The notes under the pieces: model-generated
The model's database searches: none
What the model was told of the DNA's origin: nothing
Seen by the model: the letters and a program-made list of their open reading frames with translations, nothing else
Part shown: positions 24,101-37,829 of the stretch, in pieces
How the letters are laid out: the number at the start of each line of letters is the position of its first letter
Numbering within the stretch: position 1 is the first letter of the stretch
Made by a program: the position numbers and the translations under genes
Assembly (NCBI GenBank): GCA_013265495.1
Contig: MU058037.1
Coordinates: 993,498 to 1,057,497 of the forward strand
Direction: 5' to 3'
DNA length: 64,000 bases
From: Vicugna vicugna
Lineage: Eukaryota

Positions 24101-27100
24101 AGCCCAGAGATCCAGGACTTGGGGTCACCACAGCTATACGTTTGCCTAAGGGAGTACATAGATAAAACCGGATTCAAATCTGGCCCTGTTGCTTGCTAGC
24201 TAAATAATGATGGGCAAGTTATTCACCTCTCCAAGCCTTGGTTCCCACCTATTAAATGGGGGTAAGGTTCTGGAGAGCTTTCTGAAGGACTCAAGATGGA
24301 ACTATCTTCAAGTACAAATACCTGTCAACTGACTCTTTCCTTCACATTTTTTTCCAACAGATGACTGTGGAGTATAGCCTGAAATCTTCAGTAAGTCGTA
24401 AGTCAAAGGCTGGTTCGGAATGTTGCTCCAATTGCCCAGTAGAGCATTAGAGAATGTGCTTTGAAATCAAACAAAACTGACTTTATGCCTGGCTCCTCCA
24501 ATTACTAATGTGGTCTTGGCAAGTCACACAACTATTCCCCAGCTGTGAAGTAGAAATTATAACAACCATTTGCAAGACTGTTGTGAGGACTGGCTATAAT
24601 GCAGGGCAAGAACCTAGCAGAGTGGCTAGAACACGGTAGGTGTCAAGAAATGTTTGCTGTTTTCATCATGATTATTAAGCAAAAAAAAATCATTTACAAA
24701 TGCCTGGCTAATCTCAGAATAAATTTGCTCTGGGCTAATTTCTTCATTCATCAAATGTCACTGGGGTGGAAAGGTTATGTGACTGTTACCAAGGTATGGA
24801 TTCCAGTGACTTCTCTTCAAAATCAGTTTGGAAATTGACAGAGTGCACTTCTAAAGGGTAAACTGTACTGTTCTTTTCGCTCAGGACACCTGCAGATATT
24901 TCAGCCTAACTGGCAGCATAAATGATACCCAATATTTTATCTAGCTTTTACAGTTGGAATTTTAACTGAATCACTTAGTTCTTCTTTCTCTGTAAAGTGG
25001 CATCTCAAGCCAGAATTAGTTCAAACAGTACTTCTGTGGCTTGTACATAGACAATTATCTTTGTTTCTTGGGCTCTGAGCCTCAATTCCTCTTTCAAGTG
25101 GAGAAAGCATAAAACAAGAATATGATGAATAGCATTTCTCAGCTCTAATCAATGGAGAAAATAATTTTCATATAAATTCTCTAAAAATCCTAGAAGATCT
25201 AGCACTACATGTTATTTCATAGGATATTTTATTTACTGTTTCAATGGGATATATTTTAAAAGCTTAGAATGTATTATAAATCGATGGCATAGCCACAGAA
25301 TCTTATATTCTGTTATCTTCCTAATTGAGACAATTAACAAAACAAAATACACATTGAAATGAAACATGTAGCTAAACCATTTAGAAATAATTAAAATTAT
25401 AGATCAGGTTTTCTTTCACTGATCACAAATTATGGTAATGCTTTTGTGGTGCTCATTTCCGGGCTCACTTTGGTGTGTTTATTAAAGCACAGTATTGTCA
25501 GATCACATGGAATATCTCATTTTCATTTTCCTATCTCCAATTCTAAAGGGGATTAAATTATCCAATTAAGCTGTTAATTAAAAAGATTCCTACAGAATAA
25601 ACTGCAGGCTACCAATGGCATTTAACATTTTCATTATGCTGTGCTCAAAAGCAATTTCCTAAATTCAGAGGAGCTCAAAGTTACTGCCTGGTATTTCACT
25701 TTAGAAGGTGTGGTTGGTATTGCTAGCTGATAGCAAACCCATTTCCTCCTCTTTCTGGGCACACAGCTATACTATATATCCCAGACTCCCCTGCAGCTAG
25801 GCTAGGCCATATGGTTGAGCTCCAGCCAATGGAGTATGAGCAGAAGTGACACAGATAAATTCTTGGACTAGACCAAACCTTACATTCAGTATCTTCCATG
25901 GTCTCTTCTCCTCCATGAGCTTCTTGCAGATGAACACGTATTCAATAGTGTTGAAAACAGGAGAATCACAATATGGAAGGGAACCCGGGTCCCTAAATCA
26001 CCAATTGTAGGAGAGAAGCTCACTGATCATTAATACTCATTTTCTATGTAATGAAAACAAGAAATTACCTTAAATTGGGTTAAACCATTGAGGTGATCTG
26101 TTTCAACATCTAGGGTGATCTTACTTATAAAAGAAAGCAACTGAACTTGAGGGACATGCAAATATCTTAAACCTAATTGGAAACATCAGCCTCCTTCAAA
26201 TTTTAATCAGGTCCACTTAGATAAATATCTAAAAATTGAAGCAGACTCAATACCTCAAAACCTGTGAAATAGACCACAGCAAGAGAGATTCTAGATTTCT
26301 TCCCTCCATTTCCCCAAAGCCCTTCCTTCCTGTCCATGCCCCAGAGATCACTCAGAAACTGTCATTTCTATGCATCTTCCTTCTGCCACTAGCCTATATA
26401 CGACAACTCGTATTTCAAGGATCAGCTCAGAAGCCAGAGTAAACTCTCTACAAGGGGCACTAATAGGCCATACTCAGACATTTATTCCCCACCAGCTCTG
26501 CAGTCTGATTTCCATGTCCTGTACGTGGGTGCAATGGCACCCCTACTATAAACCAGGACTTTTCCAGATCTTAGAACATTTCAGTGTCAGAAAGATGCCT
26601 GAAATAATCAAGCGGGGGCTCTAGCTGCACTGCAGCCTAATCCCAAAATGCCCCAGGGAGGAGTGAGCATGAATACCACAGTATGCCTCTGGATTTGTCT
26701 GGACTCAGGCAAGGCAGCCAGATGCTCATCGTCATCCTGCACCACTCAGTCGTCGTCCGAAGGTCGCCAGGGGATACAGGCTCCCAGGTACTTCCAGTTC
26801 TCCCAAAGTACTTGAGGCACAGAAGCTCCAGCAGCATGAAGGCAGTCGTCCTCGAGAGCCAGAGCCAGTGAGAAATAAAAGCACACAGAAGGTGAGGTTG
26901 GTGTGCCCCGTCAAAGGGATGTGCTGGGGTCTGGGCAGAGGGAACACGGACCGCATCCAGCGGAGGAGAACTGAATAAGCCCTTCTCTGCACACCAAACC
27001 TGATGTCCTTGTAGATCATCACCCTTGTCAGGAGACAGGGTGACTGTAACAGTTTACATATCTGTTTCCCATGTTAGACCAGACTGTTCATTGAGGCCCA

Positions 27101-27569
27101 GAGACTGCATGTGATCTGCTTAAATACAGCTAGTTAAGTGATTTAAATATAATGGCAGTCAGTTACTGTGAACTGAATGAGTGACTATAAGTTGACTAGA
27201 TTGTTAAATAAAGCTGATAGCATACAGAGAAATGTTCATTGTCACTTTTGCAAGACCAGTCTTACCGTGGTTGATAATTTCCTCAGAAGCCTCTCTTTTC
27301 TTCAATAGGAGTATTATTGCAGAAGCAATAAACCACATCTGCTTATATTCTGGAAGAAAATACAATGACCACCTTGTAAAGGTCTCTCGTTGTCTACAGA
27401 GAAAATTAGTGCATTCAAATTTCACTTCCCTAAATCAAGAAACCTAGTCTACCGCAGTGCTTTGTGTACTTTGTAGGCAAATAATGTCTAAAACAGAACT
27501 GCATATGTTATAGATGTAATAAATGTTAATACATTTTTAAAAAGAGAGGAAACAGAAAATCTTCAACTT

Positions 27570-27575
27570 TTTATT
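27570..27575 (-). terminator. Distal PHEX polyadenylation signal AATAAA, giving a 3' UTR of about 3.2 kb
   Basis: Minus strand reads AATAAAAAGTTGAAGATTTTCTG followed by U-rich TTTCCTCTCTTTTT. The 27.5-30.7 kb interval shows no obvious interspersed repeats, as expected for a long UTR. Confidence 0.5.
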
Positions 27576-30508
27576 GTCCTTAAAATGATTACTCACATGG
27601 TTTCACAAGTAGGGGGAAAAAATACAACAACTATTTAAATGTAAAATGCAGAATTCAAGCACATCTTTCTTAAGCCAGTGGGGCACTGCCACTGACAATG
27701 ATAATGGTGTTACTTGAAATAATCATATATTCTTCCATAATTTAATATGCAACTGACACATTATGCTAAAAATACCAAGGAAGAAGCCTATCAAATGCTC
27801 GGTGATTAGAGAAACACTGATGGAATAAAAGTCCTCAGAAATGGGGTAACCTGAGGGATGAAGGTTAATGCAAATGTCAGCGGCCCAAGAAACAAAGCCT
27901 GCCTTTCCTGACTCTGGGATACTTGACAAGCAATTTCAAACCTCTCCACTGGTCTGGCACAAGCATAACCTGTGTGGCAAGGCATAGTTCCTGGTTGTTT
28001 CTTAGTGATGCTCCGAGGCTAAATAAGATAAAATTTATGTGCTGTGCTTTAAGCTCCATTGAGGAAAGGCACTGAATAAACTTCAAGATAATTTATGGAT
28101 CCTGAGCTTGCATTAGTCATTTCCAAGTCCATCTCATAAAAGGAAAAAATGGAAATAGGAGGCCAACACTGTGTGTTGGTGAAAAGCTCAACAAACTTTG
28201 GGCAATGATGAAAAGCCCAAACAAGACCATTTCATATACATCAGATCGTGGACTAATCCAGGAGAATTTCACACACACACACACAAACCCTAACTCCTTC
28301 CACTGCCCAGACAATCATTAACTGGCAAGACATCTGAGATATGAACAAGAGAAGTGTGTTACAGCAATCCTGGTCTGAGTTCCAATATCTAATTTCCTTT
28401 TAATTTACCGTAATTATTTTTGTAAAACTTCATGGCTCTACTCCAGTGGATGTGCTAGTAAGGAGTGCCAAAATCCTGTGTTCACTTCAGAGTCACATTC
28501 TTGGGCCAGCTTCTCCCTTCCAGCTGCATTTTACCTTCCTCCCTCTACCACTGTATCAGAGTCTGCTGCTTTTAGTAATCTGTACCGAAGAGAAGGGGCA
28601 AAAAGAATGTACTCTGAAAATTTAAATGTGAGCACGTATTTGGAAAGCTGATCTACTAGAAAACTGTTCCAGCTAGCAGTAGTGATGATTTTGGGCTGCT
28701 TTGGGTTTGTTTTAAAATGGCCATCCTATCTACAACTTTCAGTATAAATGAGTTACATCAAATGAAGTTAATCAGGACAAGGTAGCCACATCATTTAGAA
28801 ACTGTGAGGGCCCCAACTGTTTACCAACCAATTTTTCTAAACCAACAAGTGACTGAATGAGCCCCATTTCCAAAGTCATAATTCTATGCTTTTATCAAAC
28901 ACTTTCTCTGACCTGCAGGAATGTGTTTATTGGTTTAGAGTTTAGAAAGCGAAATCTAGAAGGGAAATGCTATTCACATAAGCCTTAAAAAAACCTCAGC
29001 TGATTTTAAATGTTCAAGTACTGGAATAAAACCGGGAGACTCTTATATGTCCAAACCAAATCAGAATGATTCCACCAGAGAAAAGGCACATAAGTTTCCA
29101 GCACCCCTAACTGCTTGCTTTTAAAATACAAACTAAGGTCACATGAAGCCACGGTTAAGAGGAGGAAAAGGCAGCTGCCCTTCAGGAGTTGATCCATTCG
29201 GAGAGGAAGAAGTCAAGGGGAAAATCACTCTCCTCTAAGGCAGTGTAACTGTTTTCCTCCTGATGGCGCCACTGCATTTTTCTCCCTTTACAAGTTCCCA
29301 TGGTTACAAGAGGACGTTGCATACAGTTATACTTTAAAAAAAAAAAAAAGATGCCAAATCCCAAGGATGCAAAATGGCTTCCTATGGTCAGACTGAATTT
29401 GTCATTTTCTTTTCGAGACCTTCCCATTGGTCCACTTAACCTAGAACTACATGTACCAGGAATAATGTGAAGAGGGGATGGCTCCTGTAAGAAATCAAAA
29501 ATGCCAGGGAACCACTTTAAGGCTGTTACAATTTTATCCTACACACACACATTCTCCTAAAGATGGAGGAGTTCACTTGAAAGGATAAAGCTCTGAGGAT
29601 CAAAAACATACTACTATTCTGACAGACTCTTGAGAGGAAGACCTGAAGAATAAAAATTACGTTTGTTAGGACAGCGCAGGGAATTTTAAATTCAATCAAT
29701 AGTTTCTAAAATGTCTTCAATCAAGAAACTTTTTCAAAAAAGGTTTTTTTAAAGAGAGGTCACTTTAACTGAGCCAAAACAAAAGGGCACCTTCCTCAGT
29801 GTGGGGTTTGTCCCTTTGCACTAAAAGGGAAGGAAAGCCACACACTCCTAATGGGGAATCTGAAAATCATTTTCTCAGAAACAGGAGAATACACATATAT
29901 AAGGATAAGAAGACAAACAGAGAAGTGTCTGTCACTTGGACATCATCACCCAGGTTTGGATTTTGGAGGTTTCACCTCCTTCTCATGTCTCTGCTGTTGC
30001 GAGGCTAGGAGTTCTGGCTTCTTCTGGCACTTAACGATATACCCTCTTCTTTCTATTTGATAAACTCAAACCTTGGCCTTCTGCCCACTTTGTTCATGCA
30101 GATTTGAACAGGGTGATGGGCTACATCAGATACAAGCTGTGAGGCAAGTATTCATCCCCCATAGACTCCAAAGCTGAAGGCAAGAACTTCATCAAAAATT
30201 GTAAAATGAAGATTCAACATATTTCCAACTTAACTACCTTACAGTTAATCAATGCTATGCTACAACGATCTATGAAATCTAGCACTGCATTCCACAGAGT
30301 AGGAAGACCTCCCAGGTATCCATGCCCATGTCTACTTCACTGAGGGTTACAAGTTTAATAGACTGAATTTTTTTCTGGATACATTTTACTTAGGGCCCCT
30401 GCAAAGCAATAGATTAAAATGGTCCATACCATTTAGCTGTGGCTTACATACTAAAATGGACAATAGCTACAATTCAGCAGATAGTGTTTTAACAAAGTAG
30501 CCTAGGGA

Positions 30509-30514
30509 TTTATT
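30509..30514 (-). terminator. Proximal PHEX polyadenylation signal AATAAA, about 240 nt after the stop
   Basis: Plus-strand tttatt at 30509-30514. The distance is similar to the human proximal signal recalled near c.*231. Confidence 0.6.
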
Positions 30515-30752
30515 TGTGTTGGTTTGGTTTTCTAAAGAAACATACTTGGTTCACTTTTCATATTCCATTTTCTAAGCCTTACAACGTTGAATAGATATTA
30601 TTTAGATCTAAGCAATACCCAAATAATAAAGATGCATGAAAAATAAACATCCTCGGGGGGACATAGGCCTAAAGCAGTAGGTGATGAGTGCTCGGAGCTG
30701 CCTCTGCTGGCACTGTACAGCTCTCTCAGGATGGCATAAACCAGCAGTCCAG

Positions 30753-30869
<117 letters not shown>

Positions 30870-33428
30870 TCAATGTCCATGTCATTTAATTCTTACGTAT
30901 CAGTAGGTTCTGGATAAAACTGCAGGAGCATATTCCTTGATGCGATGTGGCATTCATTTAATCTGTTTACAGGGAAATAACTGAAGCCCAAAATGGTTAA
31001 GTAAATTTCCAAAGAAATTAAGAGCTGAGACTAGAATCAGGCAAATGCTATTCATCTTCCAAATATCTTCAAATTCCTGGAAACTGTAGGATTTACATTT
31101 CCTATAAATTATATTTAGGGTTGTACATGCCTATAAATTTCAAATTTCTACAAACAATAAGATTTACCAATACTTAGCTTTTCTATTTTTTAATTCAACT
31201 TTTTATGGAAGATATAAGTGATATAGAGCACACACATTTTAAATATAAAGCTCACTGGTTTTTCCATATATATACATATACATCCATTTTACTATCACCC
31301 AGACCAAGACATGGACTATTTCCACACCCAGAAGGCTCCCTTGTGCACCCTAACAGTTGCACCCCCAAGGATAACTACCAGCCTGACTGCTATTGTCACA
31401 GATTAGCTTTGCCTGTTTTTGAACTGCATGAGTGGATCACACAGCATGCACTTTTTTGTCTCTGACTTCTTTCACTCAATATTATGTCTGTAAGATTCAT
31501 CCATGTTGTTGCTGTCTTTAAATTATCTTTAAAGAACTCACAAAAACACTTTCTATAAATTCCTATTACATTTGAAGGCTCATATTTACCTAGAGTTTGG
31601 TTCATGCAACAATAAACTCATGAATGGTGCCTACTTGTTACAGATGAGTAATGCTTTACTGGAGTTAGCTCCAAAGTCTGGTGTTCTTGCAAGTTTCCCG
31701 ACTGCAGTAAAGACTGCGGATTCCTACTCAGCACTTTGATTGTAACTGCCTTTTGGAAGTGGTATTTCCATTGTGTGATTTCTGCTGCACTCAAAATCTA
31801 CAGTTACTGCAGACATCACTAACAGGCCAGCAAAAAACCTCCTCCCTCATCTATTTCTTACTCAACTGCATGTTCAAAAGGTTGACTGGAGACAGCATTC
31901 TCGGTCACTGACTGTTCTTTTCCCTAATGATTTTGTTCCCTATGGGCATTTGAATGAATATAATGGCCTGTATCCAAAAATCTCCACAACCTCTTGTGTT
32001 TTAGCTGGGATGTATGGGGAGAGATGTGTATTTCATAGTGTGATTCACCCTGGGCAAGTGTTAAGGATAGAATTTAGCTGACAATTTACAAGTATAGTCT
32101 GCAAATTATCAGCTAAAATCCAACATTACACGCAACTAGTTAGTAAAAGGAAATTAGTTTCTAAAAACTCATCTGTTGAGTAATTAATCTACCGTGTGGT
32201 TTCATCTGCATCATTTGTCAGTGGAAGCACATTTTAGTCCATTAGAGACTGTCAGCATTCTTGACAGTTTAGCCCAGTGGGGGAGAATTTCCAACACAGT
32301 GATTAGATTTTTATGCTATCAGGTAATTTATAGTCAGTTTCTGAAACTTTTCTAAGGCAAGGTTTTAGGAATATGATTTTAAAATATAGGAGAAATTTTA
32401 GATGACTTTCCGGCAATATGCTAATGGATTCATTTAAATATTAAATATAAAGCTATCCAGATATAATAGGTTGTAAGCAAAGAACAAATAAATATAAATT
32501 ATCATGATTTCTTGGACTTCCTATTATAATTCTCTGTCCCCTACTATAGAAAACTTCCCTCAAACTAAGCTAGAAACCTAGCAAGGGGCAAGTAATATTA
32601 ACCTTAATTTTATTTTTATTTAATATTCTATACATTCTGACAATTAAATAAGACTAATTCATAATCCTTTCCCCTTCATATATAAGCAACTATTTCAAAA
32701 TATGACTTAAACTAAAAGCCAAAATGTAGAGCTTTTGCCTCTAGATATGAATTACAATAGCTAAATATCACCATATATCCTCCTTTGTGTTCAGAGCTAT
32801 TCAAAAAGTGGGTAGTCCTTCATGTCTGTTGGTTGGCTGCATGAAAGAACAAGAGGCATTAAATAGGATATTCTACAACATAAAGTAAACCAGAGCTCTA
32901 GGTGTTTTAAGGCACAGTACATAAGATCTCATCCTTGTCTAAGAAAAGAGAACTTTTTGGCCCAGATTTAAAAAAAAAAAAAGTAGGTGGTTGGAGATAT
33001 CAAATATGCCTGTTTACTGAGTACCCATGGTGCATCCATAGCAAATGGATAGCTGCCTTTCAAAAGTTGTAAGATAATAAATGGGAATCAATACTCAAGC
33101 TATGTTCTGGACTCTAAACTACCTGTAAATTACCTGTGGCAATCTTCTACAATCTCATAGATCACTTGATACTAGAGATGTGTGCAAAAGCCTACTACAG
33201 GTATGTAGGGGAGAGAATGCTGACTAAATCAGCTTCCTACTAATTAGAGAAGATGCTTCATGTCTGTTTGGCCAGATTTTTTTTTTTTATCTGTGAAATG
33301 GAGCTATCACTGTTCACAACGCAGGCTTTTGTTGAGATCACCTATTTGTAGAGCTCTGGGATGGCTGGGTAGTGGAGTCGTGGAGAGATGCACAGTTAAA
33401 AACTAGTGTCACCCATTTGCCTATTTAC

Positions 33429-33505
33429 CTAAACTGAGGAGGGCTGTGAGCACCAACTTGGATTTGTTCTCGGGCAGCTTCTGGTCTGTAGGAATTGCAC
33501 CTCAC
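33429..33505 (-). CDS. PHEX: PHEX exon 21 (77 nt), VRCNSYRPEAAREQIQVGAHSPPQF(R)
   Basis: ctag|GTGAGGTGC...CAGTTTAG|gtaaat. Contains the M13 HSP motif. Confidence 0.97.
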
Positions 33506-35391
33506 CTAGAAGAGAAAAGCATCCCAATAATTGTTTTCATTTCAATTACACATTTTCTACTGCCTTAATGGTTCCAAATTATACTGAAGAGTAATTTTAG
33601 ACTCAGTGGATGACAGTTTTAGTAGATCAGATAAAACCTTCATCAGTAGTAACATCTATTACTCCAATCCCCAAAGTAGAAGGTTTTACCGATTGTGAAT
33701 ACTTCCACAATTTGAGTAAGTAGGAAGGTTTCCAGACAAATGCTTTAAATCAAGAGAATAGTGTATATGCCCAAGAATCAACCAATGTATTCATTCAATT
33801 AATATAATGTGTAGAATAACCCTTATCAAATTGAACCATACGTCTTTGAGTTAATAAAATAAATCAATCACCCATTATTGAGCATGGTCACGAGAAGTTA
33901 GTATTTTGCATCCTGGGTGCCTTGCTTGCCTCATTGCAGTGCAGGCCCTGGATAGGAGGACATTGCTCCTGCTCCTGTGAAGTTAGGCAGGCTATGTGAC
34001 TTGCTCTGACCAACAAAATGTGAGCAGAAGTGATAGGTGTCACTTCTTGGTGCAAGCTTTAAAAACCTGGTAAAAGTTTTAAGAATCTTAAGAACAGTTT
34101 AAGATGCCACATTAAGACCCAGTGCACATTTCCTCATATTTCTTTCCTACTCCTGTGGTGACCATGGAAGCACATGTCGAGATTAAGACTCCACAACCCA
34201 GGTCCTTGAGTAGTGACCGTGAGCAGAGCCCCACTGCTGCCCCATGTTGGACATGGAGCATGAGCAAGAAAAAAAGAAACTTTCCTTGTGCTGTTTGTTC
34301 AGTACCATAACCTACTTAATTCTAATTTGAACTGTGTCTTGAAATATGATATAGCTTGAAGTAGGAAAAGAAGTAGGAAACAGGAATATGATGGGAGGAA
34401 TTCCAAATGGAGGAGAAAATGGAAACAAAAACATATCTGAGAGGGGAAAAAAAAAGCAAGCCATTCAGCTTAGCTGGACAGGCAGCAATGGGAGAGCAGA
34501 GGAGGGCGAGGCCGGGGCTGGAGTTCTCAAGTCCTCAGCAAAAGGCTGAAGTCTTCAAACTATATTTAAACATTGTTTTTGAGCACAGATTTGATTTAAA
34601 AATCTACTTTTAAAAGATTTATTGGACATGGGTATAGTAGTAGGAGGAAATCAGTGACTAGTTAGAAGAACATTTATGGGCCCCAGGAAGATTCCCAATA
34701 AATGTCCACTAAGTAAGTAGCAACGAGAACAGAGAGAAGTAGGAGGGGAAGAAGACTATATGAGGGGAGGATGGACAGGTCACTGAACCACAGGAAGCAG
34801 GGAAGGTGACACGATGCTATTGCTTTTGATGAAGATAAACCATCAGTCACTGTGGCTCTGAATTTCACTTTGAAGTTTTTGTAATGAGTCCTTCACTTCC
34901 TCCGAACTTGGCTAACATGAAGCCGTTTCTCACAATCAATTTGACCTCACTTTTTCTTATGTTATTTCTTCTTATATTCTTACATTATTATACAGCATTG
35001 TCTTTGCTTCATATATCATTTAAGAGATTTCTAAAACACACATTTTGGTTCTTACTGTTTTCCTAGTAACTTCTCAGGAGAGAAAATCATTTTACTCCTT
35101 TTATAAGCAGACTTATTCCAAAGTACAAAAGGTTGAAAATCTCCTCAATCTGTCAGTATGAAAAGCTCCAAGACAAATTTCTCATAAGTAATACTAAATA
35201 GCCTGCCATTTTTCCGTAATCTCTTTAGTTTAAAGTAAATTATATATAGTTTGAAATTTTATTTGGAGACATTTCAAAAGTATGACTGTAATGGTGACAG
35301 CAGTTAGTTTACTTCACCTACTAAGATGGACCTTAGGTAAGTAAGAATCTAAATAAGAACTGATGGGCCTTGTACTTTGGCCTCTAGAGTA

Positions 35392-35609
35392 GGGGACAGC
35401 AAACGGTTTCTGTAAAAGGACAGACAATAAATATTTTAGGCTTTGCAGTCTTAAAGTCTCTGTTTAACTACTCAACTCTGCCACTGTAGCACAAAAACAG
35501 CCACAGACAACAGGTAAAGAGCATGGCTGTTTTCCAATAAAACATTATTTACAAAAAAAAGATAGCAGGCCATATTTGGCCCACAGGTTCTAGTTTGCCA
35601 ACCCCTGCT
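35392..35609. mobile_element. MER58A-like hAT MITE
   Basis: Inverted termini ggggacagcaaac...gtttgccaacccctg, about 220 bp apart. Confidence 0.75.
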
Positions 35610-36951
35610 GGACTATATTTGTGTGCTTATTTTAGATACCTGACCCAGTACTGACCCAAAAGGAAGTCTCCTTAGTTGAACTGTGTTAATCTTATCCTTT
35701 TCAAGAAATTCATCTAAAAACGTCAAGTGTCTTCAATACACCCAGCAACTTTGCTGGATGCTACGGAGATAAATAAGAAGTGTAAGAATTCAGAAGATTA
35801 GCTACAGAGATAAAACTAAAAGTCTTCACCATTTTGGTAACAATTAAATATTCAACTGCATGGTAATGAAGGTAAGGGCAAAGGAGTTGGAGGTTTTTTG
35901 CTTTTTTTTTTTTTTTAATGAGAAATGGAATCTTTGAGGAAGTTTGTGGAAGATGTGGAGGAGGTAGAACCAGGCATGGATCCTGAACGGTAAAGATGGA
36001 AGTGAATAGTCTGAGGAGGAGAAGTAGGAAGGGGACCACTTTATGGGAGGAAAATCAAAAGCAAAACCACAGAGAAAACAGTGAGCATGACACTGTGGTG
36101 GGGAAGTGAGAACACCTGCCAGGCTCAGGGTGAGTCCAGTGGAGCAATGGGAATTTAGAGCTGGTTAGGAAGAGTTGGGTAAGACAGAGGAGAACTGTGA
36201 AAGGTGTTTGGCCTTGATGTGGTAGACACGTGGGAGCCACTGCAGTTCCTTCAGCAGGTCAGTGATGAAATAAAAGAGGTATTTCAGTAGCATGTAAGAC
36301 AGACACTGGTGGAAAGATGCCGAAGGCAGGAAAACATGCCATAAGGCTGTTGGGATAATCCAAAGGAGATGAGGCCTAGTCTACAGATGACAAGACAGGG
36401 TAACAGGAAGAAAGAGGGGCTAAATCTGAAGAGCATTTAAAAGGATGAAACATCTAGCTGTGGGGACACATGCCAGAAAAATGAGGAGAGATAAATCATA
36501 TAAGACCTAAGAATCCAGGTTTTATAAGCAAGAAGACCCAAAGACTGAGGGTGGGGGTGTGTTGACAGAAGTGAGATAACTAAAAAGGAAAGTCATTTGT
36601 TGCTGATTCCAGCTCTGCTGATATCAAGGTGATACATGATTATTTATTTACTGTTGTCACATCAGCCTTAAGAAATAAAAGACCCCAGATAGGTGAGAAT
36701 CCTTAAACCAGAGTCAACCAAAGAAGACATGGAAAGGAATGAGCTTACTGAGAAATGAATGAAAAGACTTAGGAACAAAAGGTTGTACTGGTGAAAACTT
36801 TTGTCTAGTTTTGAGCATATACAAACAGATATGCCCATTGTGAGGTCACGCATCAGAACTTTCGTCGACCCATCCCAGAATTGTCTGAAAAGAAGGCCTA
36901 CATATTTGTGACATAAACCAGTGCAATAACCGAATAACAAAGAACAACTGG

Positions 36952-37128
36952 GAAGAGGGTATAGCTCAATGGCAGAGCACATGCTTAGCATGCACAAGGT
37001 CCTGGGTTCAATCCCCATTACCTCCATTAAAAAATAAATAAATAAAAATAAACCTAATTGCCTCCCTCCCATTCCCCCATAAAAAAGCCAAAAAAACCCC
37101 TTCAAAAACAAACAAACAACAACAACAA
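36952..37128 (+). mobile_element. tRNA(Ala)-derived camelid SINE (Vic-1-like), PHEX intron 20
   Basis: gggtatagctcaatggcagagcacatgcttagcatgcacaaggtcctgggttcaatcccc. TSD aaagaacaactgg at 36939-36951 and 37129-37141. Confidence 0.92.
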
Positions 37129-37724
37129 AAAGAACAACTGGCACTTTCCTCACTGGCCAGATACTCAGAACTGTGCCTTATTGAGGACACGTCTTCTTTC
37201 AATTTCTGCTCAGAGAGCCCATTAAACTCGCAAGTGACATGACTCTCCTGGCCTTTGTTGTTGTTTTTAGCTCTAGTCGTCTTCACATGCGCGTCTGGCA
37301 GTTGGGAACATAGCCTTGAGGGTCCCCCACAGGTTGAGAGTGGTGGGATAGGTCAGCGAATGAGGTGAAGGAGGAGAAATGCAGGAAAGGGCAGGGCTAA
37401 GAAAGCCAAGTCACTAGAAATGATTATAAACAGTATCAAATACATTAAGAAGTCAGGATATATTAAAGAAATAACAAGTGAGTTACCACGGGGTTGGTAA
37501 CACACTTGATTAAAAAATACCAATAAACTTTGATTCAATCAGTTAACCGATTACGTTCCAAAGAACATTAAGAAGGTGACATTTATCCTGAAAATAAGCA
37601 GCAAGGTAAAATTTCCACTGAAATCAAAGTTATGCCATTAAACTCTGGTTCTAAACCTTTGATCTAGGGAGCAAGCCAAAGTCTCACATTTCATCTTTGA
37701 CATTTCTTCCTTGGTCTTACTCAC

Positions 37725-37829
37725 GTGAGCGTAACTCAGGAAGAAGAGCTGGTTGTTGGTGAATTCGATGCCGGGTAGGAGAGGCTCTTCAACTCCTTGC
37801 CTCTTGTCATTTATCCATTTCCTATAAGC
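37725..37829 (-). CDS. PHEX: PHEX exon 20 (105 nt), [35 protein letters not shown]
   Basis: ccag|GCTTATAGG...GCTCAC|gtgagt. The peptide is visible in ORF 37638..37862. Confidence 0.97.

Noticed and set aside
36952..37030. Possible tRNA-Ala genes (also near 2590-2655, 42605-42680 and 46215-46285)
   Set aside because: Each has a SINE tail and target-site duplications and lacks a proper acceptor stem, so these are SINE heads rather than tRNA genes.
36668..37153. 161-aa minus-strand ORF
   Set aside because: It runs through an antisense SINE and its low-complexity tail, with no protein homology evident.
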